A stretch of 64,000 nucleotides of DNA, from the NCBI GenBank assembly GCA_963780185.1, contig CAWABA010000006.1, positions 192,001-256,000 of the forward strand, read 5' to 3'. A program made the translations under genes and the position numbers. This document shows, one piece after another, positions 50,729 through 61,200 of this stretch (positions are counted from its first letter, which is position 1; every line of letters starts with the position of its first letter). A model generated the notes under the pieces. It saw nothing but the letters and a program-made list of their open reading frames with translations, had not been told where the DNA came from and ran no database searches. This DNA comes from Candidatus Bathyarchaeota archaeon. Lineage in GTDB: Archaea > Thermoproteota > Bathyarchaeia > Bathyarchaeales > Bathycorpusculaceae.

Positions 50729-51199
50729 TTTCTCACCGTAAATCGTAAACTCAACGTATTCATTGAATTTACTTCTTTCTCATAATCACTTCAGCAGAGC
50801 TGTGGATCCAATTTATTCTTCAGTTCTTTTCTTAAATACTTTCCATACCACAACCATTGACAAAAAGAGCTAGAAGACTCACTGTGAGTGACAGCACAAG
50901 TGAAAGAGAGTTCGTTCCAACGGCTAACGACACAGTACCCAGAACTCCAATAACAAACAAAGCGACAAATATCATCCATACAGCTTGCTTAAAACCTGTC
51001 TCTAACCCCAAATATTCAAACCCCTGATGCCTTTACGCTAACCTGCTTTTGTCGATTTAAACATTGATTATTTGAGATTCATTTTAAAACTCCCAACGCA
51101 GCTTGTTTGGTACGTGCGTTGATTGATTCTAGCCTTAATCGCTTGTCACTTTACCGCAAAAGTAAAAACACTATATGACGGATACATTAGAGAACATAC

Positions 51200-52084
51200 A
51201 TGCTAACCCACCACAAAATAATCCTCGGCAACAGCCAGAAAATGCCCGAACTAGCCGACGGCAGCGTTCACCTAATGGTTACTTCGCCGCCTTACCCCAT
51301 GATACAGATGTGGGATAAAATCTTCTGTGAAGCCAACCCAAAAATCGCCGCCCTCTGGCGAGAACTTGAAGCCGACGGCAAAGGCGAAACGGTAGCGCAA
51401 ATTTACGACGTCATGCATGATTACCTCAGCAAAGTTTGGCAGGAAACCTACCGCGTCCTCGTAGACGGCGGCATAGCATGCATAAACATCGGCGATGCAA
51501 CCCGCCGCTTAAACGGCAGGTTCCAGCTTTTTCCCAACCATGCCCGCATAACGGAAATATGCGAAAAAATAGGGTTCACGACGCTGCCGTACATTCTTTG
51601 GAAGAAACCAACGACGAAACCCAAGTACAAGGGCAAAGGCGCTTTCCTCGGCTCAGGTTTTTTGCCTCCGAATGCTTACGTGACTTTGGACTGCGAGTTT
51701 ATTCTGCTTTTCCGCAAAGGCAACTTACGCAAGTTTCCGTCCCACGACAAGCAGCGATACAAAAGCGCTTTCACCAAGCCCCAGCGGGATGAGTGGTTTA
51801 GCCAAATTTGGGCTTTGAAGGGTCTGCGTCAGACCACAAGTGAGTTGGAGCGGAGAACCGCAGCTTACCCAGACGAAATTGCTTATCGACTCATCAAAAT
51901 GTTCAGCATTGAAGGCGATACGGTGCTTGATCCATTCTTAGGCTCAGGAACAACGGCGAAAGTGGCGATGCAGAACGAACGCAATAGTGTAGGATATGAA
52001 ATTGACCAAAATTTGCTTCCGTTAATAACCCAAAAGACCGAAAACAAAAAGGGAAGAGTAGCCTTCGAAGTAGTCAAACGTTAG
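51200..52084 (+). CDS. Site-specific DNA methyltransferase (N4-C/N6-A, beta class), apparently orphan
   Basis: TSPPY catalytic motif N-terminal; VLDPFLGSGTT SAM-binding motif C-terminal. Confidence 0.92.
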   Translation: MLTHHKIILGNSQKMPELADGSVHLMVTSPPYPMIQMWDKIFCEANPKIAALWRELEADGKGETVAQIYDVMHDYLSKVWQETYRVLVDGGIACINIGDATRRLNGRFQLFPNHARITEICEKIGFTTLPYILWKKPTTKPKYKGKGAFLGSGFLPPNAYVTLDCEFILLFRKGNLRKFPSHDKQRYKSAFTKPQRDEWFSQIWALKGLRQTTSELERRTAAYPDEIAYRLIKMFSIEGDTVLDPFLGSGTTAKVAMQNERNSVGYEIDQNLLPLITQKTENKKGRVAFEVVKR

Positions 52085-52120
52085 TTGCCTGAATGTGCAA
52101 ACGGGTAGCTTTGAAGAGTT

Positions 52121-53749
52121 TTAGCCTTTTTTGGTTTTTCTTTTTCTAACGTAAGCCAGGGTTACCGCAATAATCACAATAACTATCGCTGCAATTGTGA
52201 CGATTAGGGCTTCGATTGAACTTAGCAATTTGGATGAGGCGATAGCTGAAGGTTTTGTTGTGGGCGTCTGGGTTACGCCTGGAGCTGACGTTGAGGTCGG
52301 GGTTGATGTCGTCGTTGGTGCTACAGTTGTGGATTGACATGGAAATGAAGATATCGCTGATCCAGAGGAGGGCGTGGGAGCGGCGGAGGCGGAGGGGCTC
52401 AGGGTTGGTGTGGGTATTGGGCTTAATGCATCTGCGGTTACGTTGGTTACCACTTGATTTCTGTATATAGCCCAGCCTACTGGGAACGTTATCGTCCTCA
52501 TTATTTGTCCAGCAGAGTTTACGTCGATCAAAGCAGCGCCTAAATTGACGAAGTTCCAAGGCTGGTTTTCCGTGAACTGGTGGGTTGGAGTTCCGAAGTC
52601 GCCTATCCAATCTCCATTGGGCAATAGGTCAGTTGCCCCTAAGTATGATGAGTAGTATTGTTGAGGTGCAGTCCAACTTCGAATTATTGTGGCTGTCATG
52701 GTTTTTTCGTTTAGCGTAAACTCTATCATCTGGCTGTTTGCGTCATTGTAGTTGGTCACATTGTCAAAGTCATCGTTAAACATGGTGAAAACATCAGGCG
52801 CAACCTGCTCAAGGTCGTGGCTGTGATAAAATAGGCTTTGTCCGTTTGGAAGCACGGAACCGTTAGCATCGACAAGTGTAAAGTTGCCGAATTGTCCGCA
52901 ACCCCAAATGATGTTGCCGGTTGTCTGGTCGATTTTGTAGAAGGTGTTGGTGTTCCGAACATTTAGGTAGATGACGTTGTTGTTGTAGTCCCATAAAAGA
53001 GCGTTAGTATGAGTGAAATCTATAACGGGCTGCCCATTGTACGTTGATGTGTTATTGAAAGGATCGGCGTCGCTAAGAGGCAAGTAATTGTAGGCATCCC
53101 ATGTCCAAAGAACGTTGCCTTGAGCATTGACCTCCAGGATTTTGTCTATTAAATAGAAGTTGTTTCCAACTTGCCTCACATAATCCTGCAATGTGAGAAA
53201 CGTGTTGTTGATCGGGTTATAGTCGACGTCGTGATGTGAAATAACGTTTGGAAAATTTTGAGTTGTGTTCGATGCGACATTCCAGATGTTTGTTCCCCAA
53301 TTTGGCGCGATTGGTGCCCCACTGCTTAACTGCGGCTCACCTTCAAACAGAAAAGTATTCTGTGCTAAGTTTTTTACAACGCCGTATCCGCCGGTTGAGG
53401 TGCGAAGATCCAGCAAAGTGCCGTTTGTATCCATTATAACCAGATAGTTGACCCCGTTAGGTCCTGACAGACCAAAGGCTATCGGTCCATCCCAAGCGTT
53501 ACCATACGTGTCAATCGTATAGGGCAACGCCGAATTTTGGTCGGGTAAGATTTCAACTACGTTTTTCTGGGCTTTGAAGACTCCGCTTGCAAGAACAAGA
53601 ATCACGACAAGTATTATGCTTGCCAGAAGCAGTAAAGATTTATTTTTTCTCAAAATGGAGTACACCTGCTCTGATAAACTAATTAAGCGGTTCCTTTTAC
53701 GCTTTTCCTTTGGGCAAACGCGCGAAGGGTATGTAGTTTGTTGCATCAC
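52121..53749 (-). CDS. Arylsulfotransferase (ASST)-family protein, anchored by N- and C-terminal TMs
   Basis: SHHDV, DFTHTNAL, IYLNVRN, YKID..TGNIIW, FYHSHD, LLPNGD; PT linker, TM and basic tail. Confidence 0.82.
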   Translation of the reverse strand: MMQQTTYPSRVCPKEKRKRNRLISLSEQVYSILRKNKSLLLLASIILVVILVLASGVFKAQKNVVEILPDQNSALPYTIDTYGNAWDGPIAFGLSGPNGVNYLVIMDTNGTLLDLRTSTGGYGVVKNLAQNTFLFEGEPQLSSGAPIAPNWGTNIWNVASNTTQNFPNVISHHDVDYNPINNTFLTLQDYVRQVGNNFYLIDKILEVNAQGNVLWTWDAYNYLPLSDADPFNNTSTYNGQPVIDFTHTNALLWDYNNNVIYLNVRNTNTFYKIDQTTGNIIWGCGQFGNFTLVDANGSVLPNGQSLFYHSHDLEQVAPDVFTMFNDDFDNVTNYNDANSQMIEFTLNEKTMTATIIRSWTAPQQYYSSYLGATDLLPNGDWIGDFGTPTHQFTENQPWNFVNLGAALIDVNSAGQIMRTITFPVGWAIYRNQVVTNVTADALSPIPTPTLSPSASAAPTPSSGSAISSFPCQSTTVAPTTTSTPTSTSAPGVTQTPTTKPSAIASSKLLSSIEALIVTIAAIVIVIIAVTLAYVRKRKTKKG

Positions 53750-53901
53750 CCATTTGGCGCTTAATCGAATGCTGGCTCTGTTGTGGTCTAAAGGAACCCT
53801 AGCTGGGAATTGCCTTGTTTACCGCCGACTTTATAAAATGCTTTTGTCTTAACTCAAGAGGCTTTCGTATGGCTATTTTTGGGGGCGTAGGTAGGTAAGC
53901 T

Positions 53902-55557
53902 ATGAAATTGAAGATTACAGCGGTTTTGCTAATTCTGGCTCTTTTTTTGATTTCAGGCGTCACAGCACCCATTCATTTTTCGAGTGAGCAAACACAAAAA
54001 ATTCAGCATTTAATATTTATCGTTCAAGAAAACCACTCCTTTGACAATTACTTTGGAACCTTTCCAGGCGCCAACGGCATTGTTGCTGGTACTTCTCTTC
54101 CACTTGAAACCAATGATACAACTCTTGGATACGTTCAGTCATACCATCTCAACCCGACGACTCCTGTTTCAATAGTGGGCGATGAGTTGCCGCCTGGAGT
54201 CTCTGACCCCGATGATCTTCCCATGCAAGCCACTGATTCAACCTCACCTTACCATTTGACTGATCAATCAACCGACAATTTGAGCCACGCAGCCGCCGTA
54301 GCCCGGGAAGCTTGGGACAACGGCAAAATGGACGGTTTCGTTCAAGCCGAGGGAAATACTCTGACAATGGGGTACTACAATGGAAGCGACATACCCTACT
54401 ACTGGGACTACGCAAAGCAGTATGTTCTGGACGACTCCTTCTTCTCTTCAGAAATGGGTCCCAGCCTTCCAAACCACCTGTACATTGCTTCAGGAACCGA
54501 TGGCCCAGTTAACTCGACTGCAAGTTGGGTTTCGAACGGCGACGTGACAGAAAATCCGCCTAAAACAGACTTACCCGGCGGCGACTTTCTAGTGGACTGG
54601 CCAGGTGTGTCTTTGTCTTGGGCGACTTTGGCTCAGGAACTCACCGCCGCAAACGTGACTTGGAACTGGTATGATGGAAACGTAGATCCGCTCGCCGCAA
54701 CCTTCTGGGATCCTCTTCCTCTATTCAGTTACTTCCAAGACAACCCCGATCAGCTTACGGCTCACGTGAAAAACACGCAGGTTTTCGTGGACGATGTCAA
54801 CAATGGTAGTTTGCCCGCGGTGTCATGGATTATGCCTGGGGCTTGGCAGCCTCCCACTATGCCAGCGGTTTTTGCGGGGCAATCCGTCAGTGAACATCCG
54901 CCTGCGCGTCCTGACTGTGGAATGGATTACGTCTCTTACCTCATTAATCAAGTAATGGCTAGCCCATACTGGCAGTCAACGGCGATTGTTCTGACGTGGG
55001 ACGATTACGGTGGCTTCTACGACCACGTGGCTCCTCCGCAAATTGATAGTAGTGGTTTAGGCTTCAGAGTGCCAACGATAGTTATCTCTCCATGGGCAAA
55101 GCATGGCTACATCGATCACACGCAATATGAGTTTTCATCGATGCTTGCACTCGCCGAACACACCTTCAACGTGCCAAGCCTACACACGAGAGACGCCATC
55201 TCCAACGACATGAACGACTCCTTTGACTTCAACCAGTCACCTCAATCCACACTTATCGAACCAGCCAACTTTGTCGCTTCAAGTTCTGTTGTCACTCCGA
55301 CGCCAACGCCGTTTTATCATCCAACCTACCCGCCTACCACCTCTCCAACCCCGACAAACACGCCGAGTCCAACTCCCACTCCAAAAAGTTCGCCTTCACC
55401 CGCAATAACACCTTCAAACTCCCCGACTCCAAAACCACCGGCATCCAGCGAAAACCTTGAGATAGCCGCCGCGACAGTTCTTGTCGTAGTGGTTCTGTCA
55501 GTGTTGATTCTTTTGTTGGCTAGAAAACGCTTGGTTCGCTGGCGTAAGAGTGCCTGA
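53902..55557 (+). CDS. Phosphoesterase / phospholipase C (AcpA/PlcH family), secreted and C-terminally anchored
   Basis: [44 protein letters not shown]. Confidence 0.92.
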   Translation: MKLKITAVLLILALFLISGVTAPIHFSSEQTQKIQHLIFIVQENHSFDNYFGTFPGANGIVAGTSLPLETNDTTLGYVQSYHLNPTTPVSIVGDELPPGVSDPDDLPMQATDSTSPYHLTDQSTDNLSHAAAVAREAWDNGKMDGFVQAEGNTLTMGYYNGSDIPYYWDYAKQYVLDDSFFSSEMGPSLPNHLYIASGTDGPVNSTASWVSNGDVTENPPKTDLPGGDFLVDWPGVSLSWATLAQELTAANVTWNWYDGNVDPLAATFWDPLPLFSYFQDNPDQLTAHVKNTQVFVDDVNNGSLPAVSWIMPGAWQPPTMPAVFAGQSVSEHPPARPDCGMDYVSYLINQVMASPYWQSTAIVLTWDDYGGFYDHVAPPQIDSSGLGFRVPTIVISPWAKHGYIDHTQYEFSSMLALAEHTFNVPSLHTRDAISNDMNDSFDFNQSPQSTLIEPANFVASSSVVTPTPTPFYHPTYPPTTSPTPTNTPSPTPTPKSSPSPAITPSNSPTPKPPASSENLEIAAATVLVVVVLSVLILLLARKRLVRWRKSA

Positions 55558-55634
55558 CCAATAATTGTTATTGCGATAGGCAAAGTAAAGTTTTTTTAGC
55601 GATGAAGCTCCTTGTTATTGCTTGATTTACAAAA

Positions 55635-56540
55635 ATGAGAATGCCCAAAGTTTCTGCGGTTGTCTGCATCATTGCGATAATCCTGATTAGTTTCTATTCC
55701 GCTTTCACAATAAACCATGTCATTGTGTCGAACGCTCCGCCACATGTCGTGTTCACTCTTGGGACTGCCCACCGAGACGTGACTTATGCCAACTCACAAA
55801 CGATGGACATCTATATCCCTAATGGGACTGTCACGCATCCGCTTCCCCTTGCAATCTTTGTTCACGGTGGAGGGATGACTTCCGGTGACAAAGCAGATAT
55901 CAACCCAACCTTTCTCGATGCGCTAGCTTCAGCGGGATATGTGGTTGCAAGCGTGAATTATCGCCTTGCTCCACAGTACAAGTTCCCAACTCAAATCGAG
56001 GATTTGAAGTGCGCAATCAGGTACCTCCGTGCCAATGCGCAGATCTACGGCGTTAACGGAAGCGAGATATTCCTATTTGGCACAAGTGCCGGAGGAGAGC
56101 TTTCGGCAATCGCGGCTTTTACAGGTGCACACTCAGAATTCGATGTAGGACTCTACTTAAACGAGTCGAGTAGCGTAACTGCTGCTGTAGACATGTTTGG
56201 CCCCGCTAACCTGACTAGTTATGCCTCTTACTCAACCCCTCAGAAAGTCTTCGGCGACAATCAGAGCAAATTGGTGATAGCTAGCCCCACGTACTACGTC
56301 CATGCAAACTCTCCGCCCATTCTGATCATTCAGGGCGTTAAGGACAAGACAGTGCCCGAGTCGCAGTCGGTTGAGCTATATTCCGACCTTGCCGCAGCTG
56401 GGGACCAAACCCAACTTATCTTGGTTCAGAATATGGGGCATATGTTCATTCAGGTCGGTTCAGAGCCAATTGCCCCAAGTCTTACGCAGATTGCACAGGA
56501 TATGGTGAGCTTCTTCGAAAAATACGGAGTGGGCGGTTAA
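55635..56540 (+). CDS. Alpha/beta hydrolase (BD-FAE-like esterase) with signal/anchor
   Basis: VHGGG, VNYRLAP, GTSAGG nucleophile, D..VP..QS, GH. Confidence 0.9.
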   Translation: MRMPKVSAVVCIIAIILISFYSAFTINHVIVSNAPPHVVFTLGTAHRDVTYANSQTMDIYIPNGTVTHPLPLAIFVHGGGMTSGDKADINPTFLDALASAGYVVASVNYRLAPQYKFPTQIEDLKCAIRYLRANAQIYGVNGSEIFLFGTSAGGELSAIAAFTGAHSEFDVGLYLNESSSVTAAVDMFGPANLTSYASYSTPQKVFGDNQSKLVIASPTYYVHANSPPILIIQGVKDKTVPESQSVELYSDLAAAGDQTQLILVQNMGHMFIQVGSEPIAPSLTQIAQDMVSFFEKYGVGG

Positions 56541-57176
56541 ATGGTTGCCGTATCATCAAAAAGTTTTAAATCTAATCTGAAGACTTCATCGAAGGCTTGG
56601 CGTGCAGTAGTTACGGGCTATTCAACGGCGGCGGTGGCATTGGTCGCGTTCCTCACGATTAACGGCGTGTCCGGGATTTCTACGGCGGCTACAATCGGAA
56701 CAGGAATCTTGGTTGCAATCGGGCTCCTGCTTCCGATAGCAGGAATGTTGCAGTTGAGAAGGAGCCTGGACTCAAAAAGAAGTGCTGGAAGATACGGCTT
56801 TGCCATGCAGGCGTTTGGATTGCTTGGTCTCTTGTTTGCGGTTGTCCTAGTTGTGGTCTTCTCTTCACTTACAGGCTACCTACTCAGTGCCCTCTTTGTT
56901 ACAACAGCAGGTGTGTCAGCGATTGCAGGTGCAGTTCTTCTGCGGGGGCACTTCGTCAGCGCCTTTGCATCGAACATTAGAGTTGCCTCGTGCCTGATTT
57001 TTGGAACGGCGCTGATATTCTCAGGTATGGAATTAATCGTGGGATCGAACATAGCGTTTGAGTACTTTTTGTCTCAGATGCAAAATACAATCTACGTAGA
57101 CATAGGTGCGGCGGTCTCAGCTTGCGGGTGCGTTCTCACAGCATATTCATTCTTCGTTCTTTATAACCGCCGCTGA
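56541..57176 (+). CDS. Multi-pass membrane protein
   Basis: About six hydrophobic helices; starts directly after the esterase stop codon. Confidence 0.7.
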   Translation: MVAVSSKSFKSNLKTSSKAWRAVVTGYSTAAVALVAFLTINGVSGISTAATIGTGILVAIGLLLPIAGMLQLRRSLDSKRSAGRYGFAMQAFGLLGLLFAVVLVVVFSSLTGYLLSALFVTTAGVSAIAGAVLLRGHFVSAFASNIRVASCLIFGTALIFSGMELIVGSNIAFEYFLSQMQNTIYVDIGAAVSACGCVLTAYSFFVLYNRR

Positions 57177-57281
57177 TCATCACCATTTTTCTATATGAAA
57201 TCTGAGTATGAAAGATAAATGGTGCACGGCGGCAACTTTTTATTACCGCTACATCGAGTAGAATGCAAAGAGCTGCAATAA

Positions 57282-57593
57282 TTGACGAAAAAATCAAGCG
57301 ACGACCCTTTAAAGTTGGGAAATGTTTCGAAACGGTTCAACTTGTCAAGCAGGCGCGCGAAAGGCAATATTGCACGGGATTGTTTTGCTTTTGACCAAGC
57401 TATGCAGGGGCATGACTGCACCAAGATTCGAGAAGGCGGAGATTTTATTGTTCAGAAGAAGGATTTTTTCGGAAACAAGGTCGGTGAACCCACAATTGTT
57501 GAAGTTAAGACGGGTAACTCGCCGTTGTCTGAGGCGCAGGAAAAGAGGCAGCGGCAACTGGGAAGAAGACGCTACAAAATCGCCAGGTATTAG
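57282..57593 (+). CDS. Small PD-(D/E)XK nuclease-like protein
   Basis: KG..AR, GGDFIV...IVEVKTG..PLSEAQ, the minimal restriction-endonuclease/Hjc-like fold pattern. Confidence 0.7.
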   Translation: MTKKSSDDPLKLGNVSKRFNLSSRRAKGNIARDCFAFDQAMQGHDCTKIREGGDFIVQKKDFFGNKVGEPTIVEVKTGNSPLSEAQEKRQRQLGRRRYKIARY

Positions 57594-57854
57594 TTATCCT
57601 GCCTGATGCTTTGGCGGCTGGGTTTTTGTTTTGGGTCTCGGAGTCCGTTACAGCTGCAAAGAAATCAACTTTAACGTTCATAATACTTTCTTGATTTAGC
57701 AACTGCGCCCATATCCGACAATAACTTCAACATAGCCTCAACATACAAAGTCGCAACCCGCCCATCCTGCAACATAGAACACGACCAGACACGACCAGAA
57801 CTACAAGCGATTCAAGCTCCAAACCAAAAAAGCAACAAGGGAAACAACCAGAAA

Positions 57855-57891
57855 AAAGTCTCAACTTTCCACAGGACAAAAGTCTCAACTT
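57855..57891. promoter_or_regulatory. Tandem AAAGTCTCAACTT x2 (24-bp period) upstream of rpoB
   Basis: 57855-57868 and 57879-57891; same motif and spacing as 831-868. Confidence 0.6.
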
Positions 57892-58212
57892 AAAAATCAC
57901 TTCAGAAAACCTGTTTTCTCAAGTTTACACTCTGACAAAAACCAATTTCAGGTTACACTTTGTTTCTTACGCAACGGCAAGTCGGAAAACTTTTTTAGTG
58001 CGAAGGCTCTATGAAACTTTAGCGCTCCTTCGTTTTAGGCTCAATACACACGGTAAGGTTTATTAGTATGCTGCGTAGCATGTCTTTGTGCCTTTAGAAA
58101 AGTTAGGAGAACCCTTTTTCAAGTTGGATAATCCCCGTAGCTTTGGAGTTGAAAGCTTGAACAGAACTGTCCTAACGATTCATAATTTAAGGTTATTGGG
58201 AGAAGTGTTGAG

Positions 58213-61200
58213 TTGACCGCTACCATCCAGAAAGAAGATATCCATGATTTATTAAAAACGTTTTTCAAAGAAAAAGGCCTTGTTAGGCAGCATCTTGACA
58301 GCTACAACGAATTCATCGACCACGGCTTACAAGAAGTCACAGATGAAGTCGCTGAAATCCCCATCGAAGTCCCCGAAAGCCCCTACAAGGTAAAACTTGG
58401 GCAAATCTGGGTAATTGACCCCCAATCAAGAATAACCGGTCCATACGTCACCGAAGTAGACGGGACAAAACATGAAATTTACCCTATGGAAGCACGCCTG
58501 AGAAACTTGGCTTATTCTGCTCCAATTGCCTTGGAGATGACTCCAGTTATTGACGGCAGAGAACAGGACACCGAGCTGGTTTACATCGGCAACATCCCTG
58601 TCATGCTGAAATCGAAACTTTGCTTCTTATCTCAGCTTTCCAAGGAAGAACTCATCGCGGCAGGAGAAGACCCAGACGATCAAGGCGGATACTTCATCGT
58701 CAACGGCTCCGAACGCGTAATCGTCGCCATGGAAGACCTCGCACCTAACCGCGTAATAGTAGACATAGACGAAAAAGGCACATCACCTGTTTACCAAGCA
58801 AAAATCTTCTCAACCACCGTCGGCTTCCGAGCAAGAATCGAACTTAAACTCAAGTCAGACGACGCAATCTACGTCACCATGCCCGGAGTACCCACCGAAA
58901 TCCCATTCGTAGTCATCATGCGCGCACTCAGCCTAGAAAAAGACAAAGAAATCGCAGAAGCAGTTTCTCTTGACAGCGAAATGCAAAGCCAACTTGCCGC
59001 TTCATTCGAAAAAGCCATCGGCGTCGACACACCAGCAGACGCAGTTCTATTCATCGGCAACCGCGTCGCACACGGACAAGTTGAAGAGTACAGGCTGCAA
59101 AAAGCAGAAACAGCCCTTGACAAAAACTTTTTACCCCATCTTGGCAGAAGCGAAAAGAACCGCAAGGAAAAAGCAATTTTCCTCGGCGAAATGGCTTACC
59201 GCGTTCTCCAATTGAAAACTGGGAAGAGGCAACCTGACGACAAAGACCACTTCAAAAACAAGCGACTGCGACTCGGCGGCCCACTTCTCGCAGACCTTTT
59301 CCGTGTTTCATTCCGAAACTTAACAAGAGACATAAAGTATCAGCTTGAACGCATAGGCGTTAAAGGACCAATCATAACCGTTTCAGCTGCCGTTCGCCCA
59401 GGAATAATTACAGAACGATTCCAGCATGCCTTAGCAACAGGCAACTGGGGACGAGGCAGAGTAGGCATCACCCAGCTTCTTGACCGAACAAACTACATTT
59501 CAACTCTAAGTCACCTACGCAGACTCCAGTCACCTCTAAGCAGAAGCCAACCTAACTTCGAAGCCAGAGACTTACACCCAACCCATTGGGGACGCCTCTG
59601 TCCAAACGAAACGCCTGAAGGCTCTAACTGCGGTCTTGTCAAAAACTTGGCTCTGTCAGCCTCAATCGCCGTCGGCGTGAATCCAGATAGAGTTAGGCAG
59701 TTGCTTTTCGAAATGGGCACTGTTCCAGCCGGAGAAGCCTCCAATGAACTGCGCATTTCAGGCGCCAAAGTTTTCGTTGACGGAAACATCATCGGCTACT
59801 GCAATAATGCATCTGAGATTGTGAAGTCTTTCCGCGAGAAAAGAAGAACAGGTGAAATCTCAACTGAAGCCAACGTAACATACTTCACGAAGATGATGAC
59901 TGAAAACGAAGAATTGCACGCTAACTGCGACGAAGGCAGAGTTCGGCGCCCACTCATAATCGTTGAGAACGGGATTTCGAAACTTCAGCCTAAGCATATG
60001 GAGAAAATCAGTTTAGGCGAATGGACTTGGGAAGACCTTGTCAAGAACGGGTTAATCGAGTATTTGGATGCTGAAGAAGAAGAAAACGCTTACATAGCAT
60101 TAACCTTTGACCAGATTCAACCTGACAACACCCACGTGGAAATAGCAACCTACACAATTCTAGGCATATGCGCCTCGACAATTCCGTACCCAGAACACAA
60201 CCAGTCACCACGTAACTCGTATCAAGCAGCCATGGCTAAGCAGGCATTAGGAGTTTACGGCACTAACTTCCACCACCGTGTCGACTCACGTTCACACATA
60301 CTTCATTACCCACAGGTTCCCATGGTTGAAACTGAACTAATGGAAGTCATGGGTTACAAGCAGCGGCCAACAGGGCAAAACTGCATCGTCGCCGTGCTGA
60401 GCTTCGAAGGCTACAACATGGAAGACGCCTTAATCTTCAACAAAGCATCCATCGAGAGAGGCTTAGCCAGATCCACATTCTACCGCATATACGAAGCTGA
60501 ATGCCGCCAGTACCTCGGAGGCTTAAAAGACAAATTCACGGTTCCCGAACCAGGAACCCGAGGATACCGCGGAGAACAATATTATCGGCTTCTGGAGCCC
60601 GACGGGATAATCGGCCTTGAATCAACGGTTGTCGGCGGAGACGTACTTATTGGAAGAATTAGCCCTCCAAGATTCCTTGAAGAATACAAGGAATTCGAAG
60701 TTAAAGGTCCATCAATGCGTGACACATCCGTTGACATGCGTCCCTCAGAAACAGGAATCGTGGACGGCATATTCATAACTATGTCTGGCGAAGGCAGCCA
60801 ACTTGTCAAAGTAAGAGTCCGCGACCAACGTGTCCCCGAACTTGGAGACAAATTCGCGTCACGACACGGACAGAAAGGAGTCATCGGCTTAATCGTTCCA
60901 CAAGAAGACTTGCCCTTCAGCGACGGCGGCATCACTCCAGACCTCATAATCAACCCACACGCAATCCCCTCAAGAATGACCATCGGACAATTCATCGAAT
61001 CACTCGCAGGAAAAGCCGCATCAGCAAGAGGCAGACCCGCAGACGGCACCCCATTCAGCAACGAAGGACCCGACGAAATACGCAAGAGTCTCATAAAATT
61101 GGGCTTCAGCCATACAGGTGGCGAAACCTTCTACAGTGGCACAACCGGCGAGAAATTCGTCGCAGACGTCTTCGTAGGCGTAGTCTACTACCAGAAACTT

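Noticed and set aside
50791-50979. 62-aa minus-strand ORF between pepF and the methyltransferase
   Set aside because: No recognisable motif or RBS; possibly decayed sequence, cannot be supported
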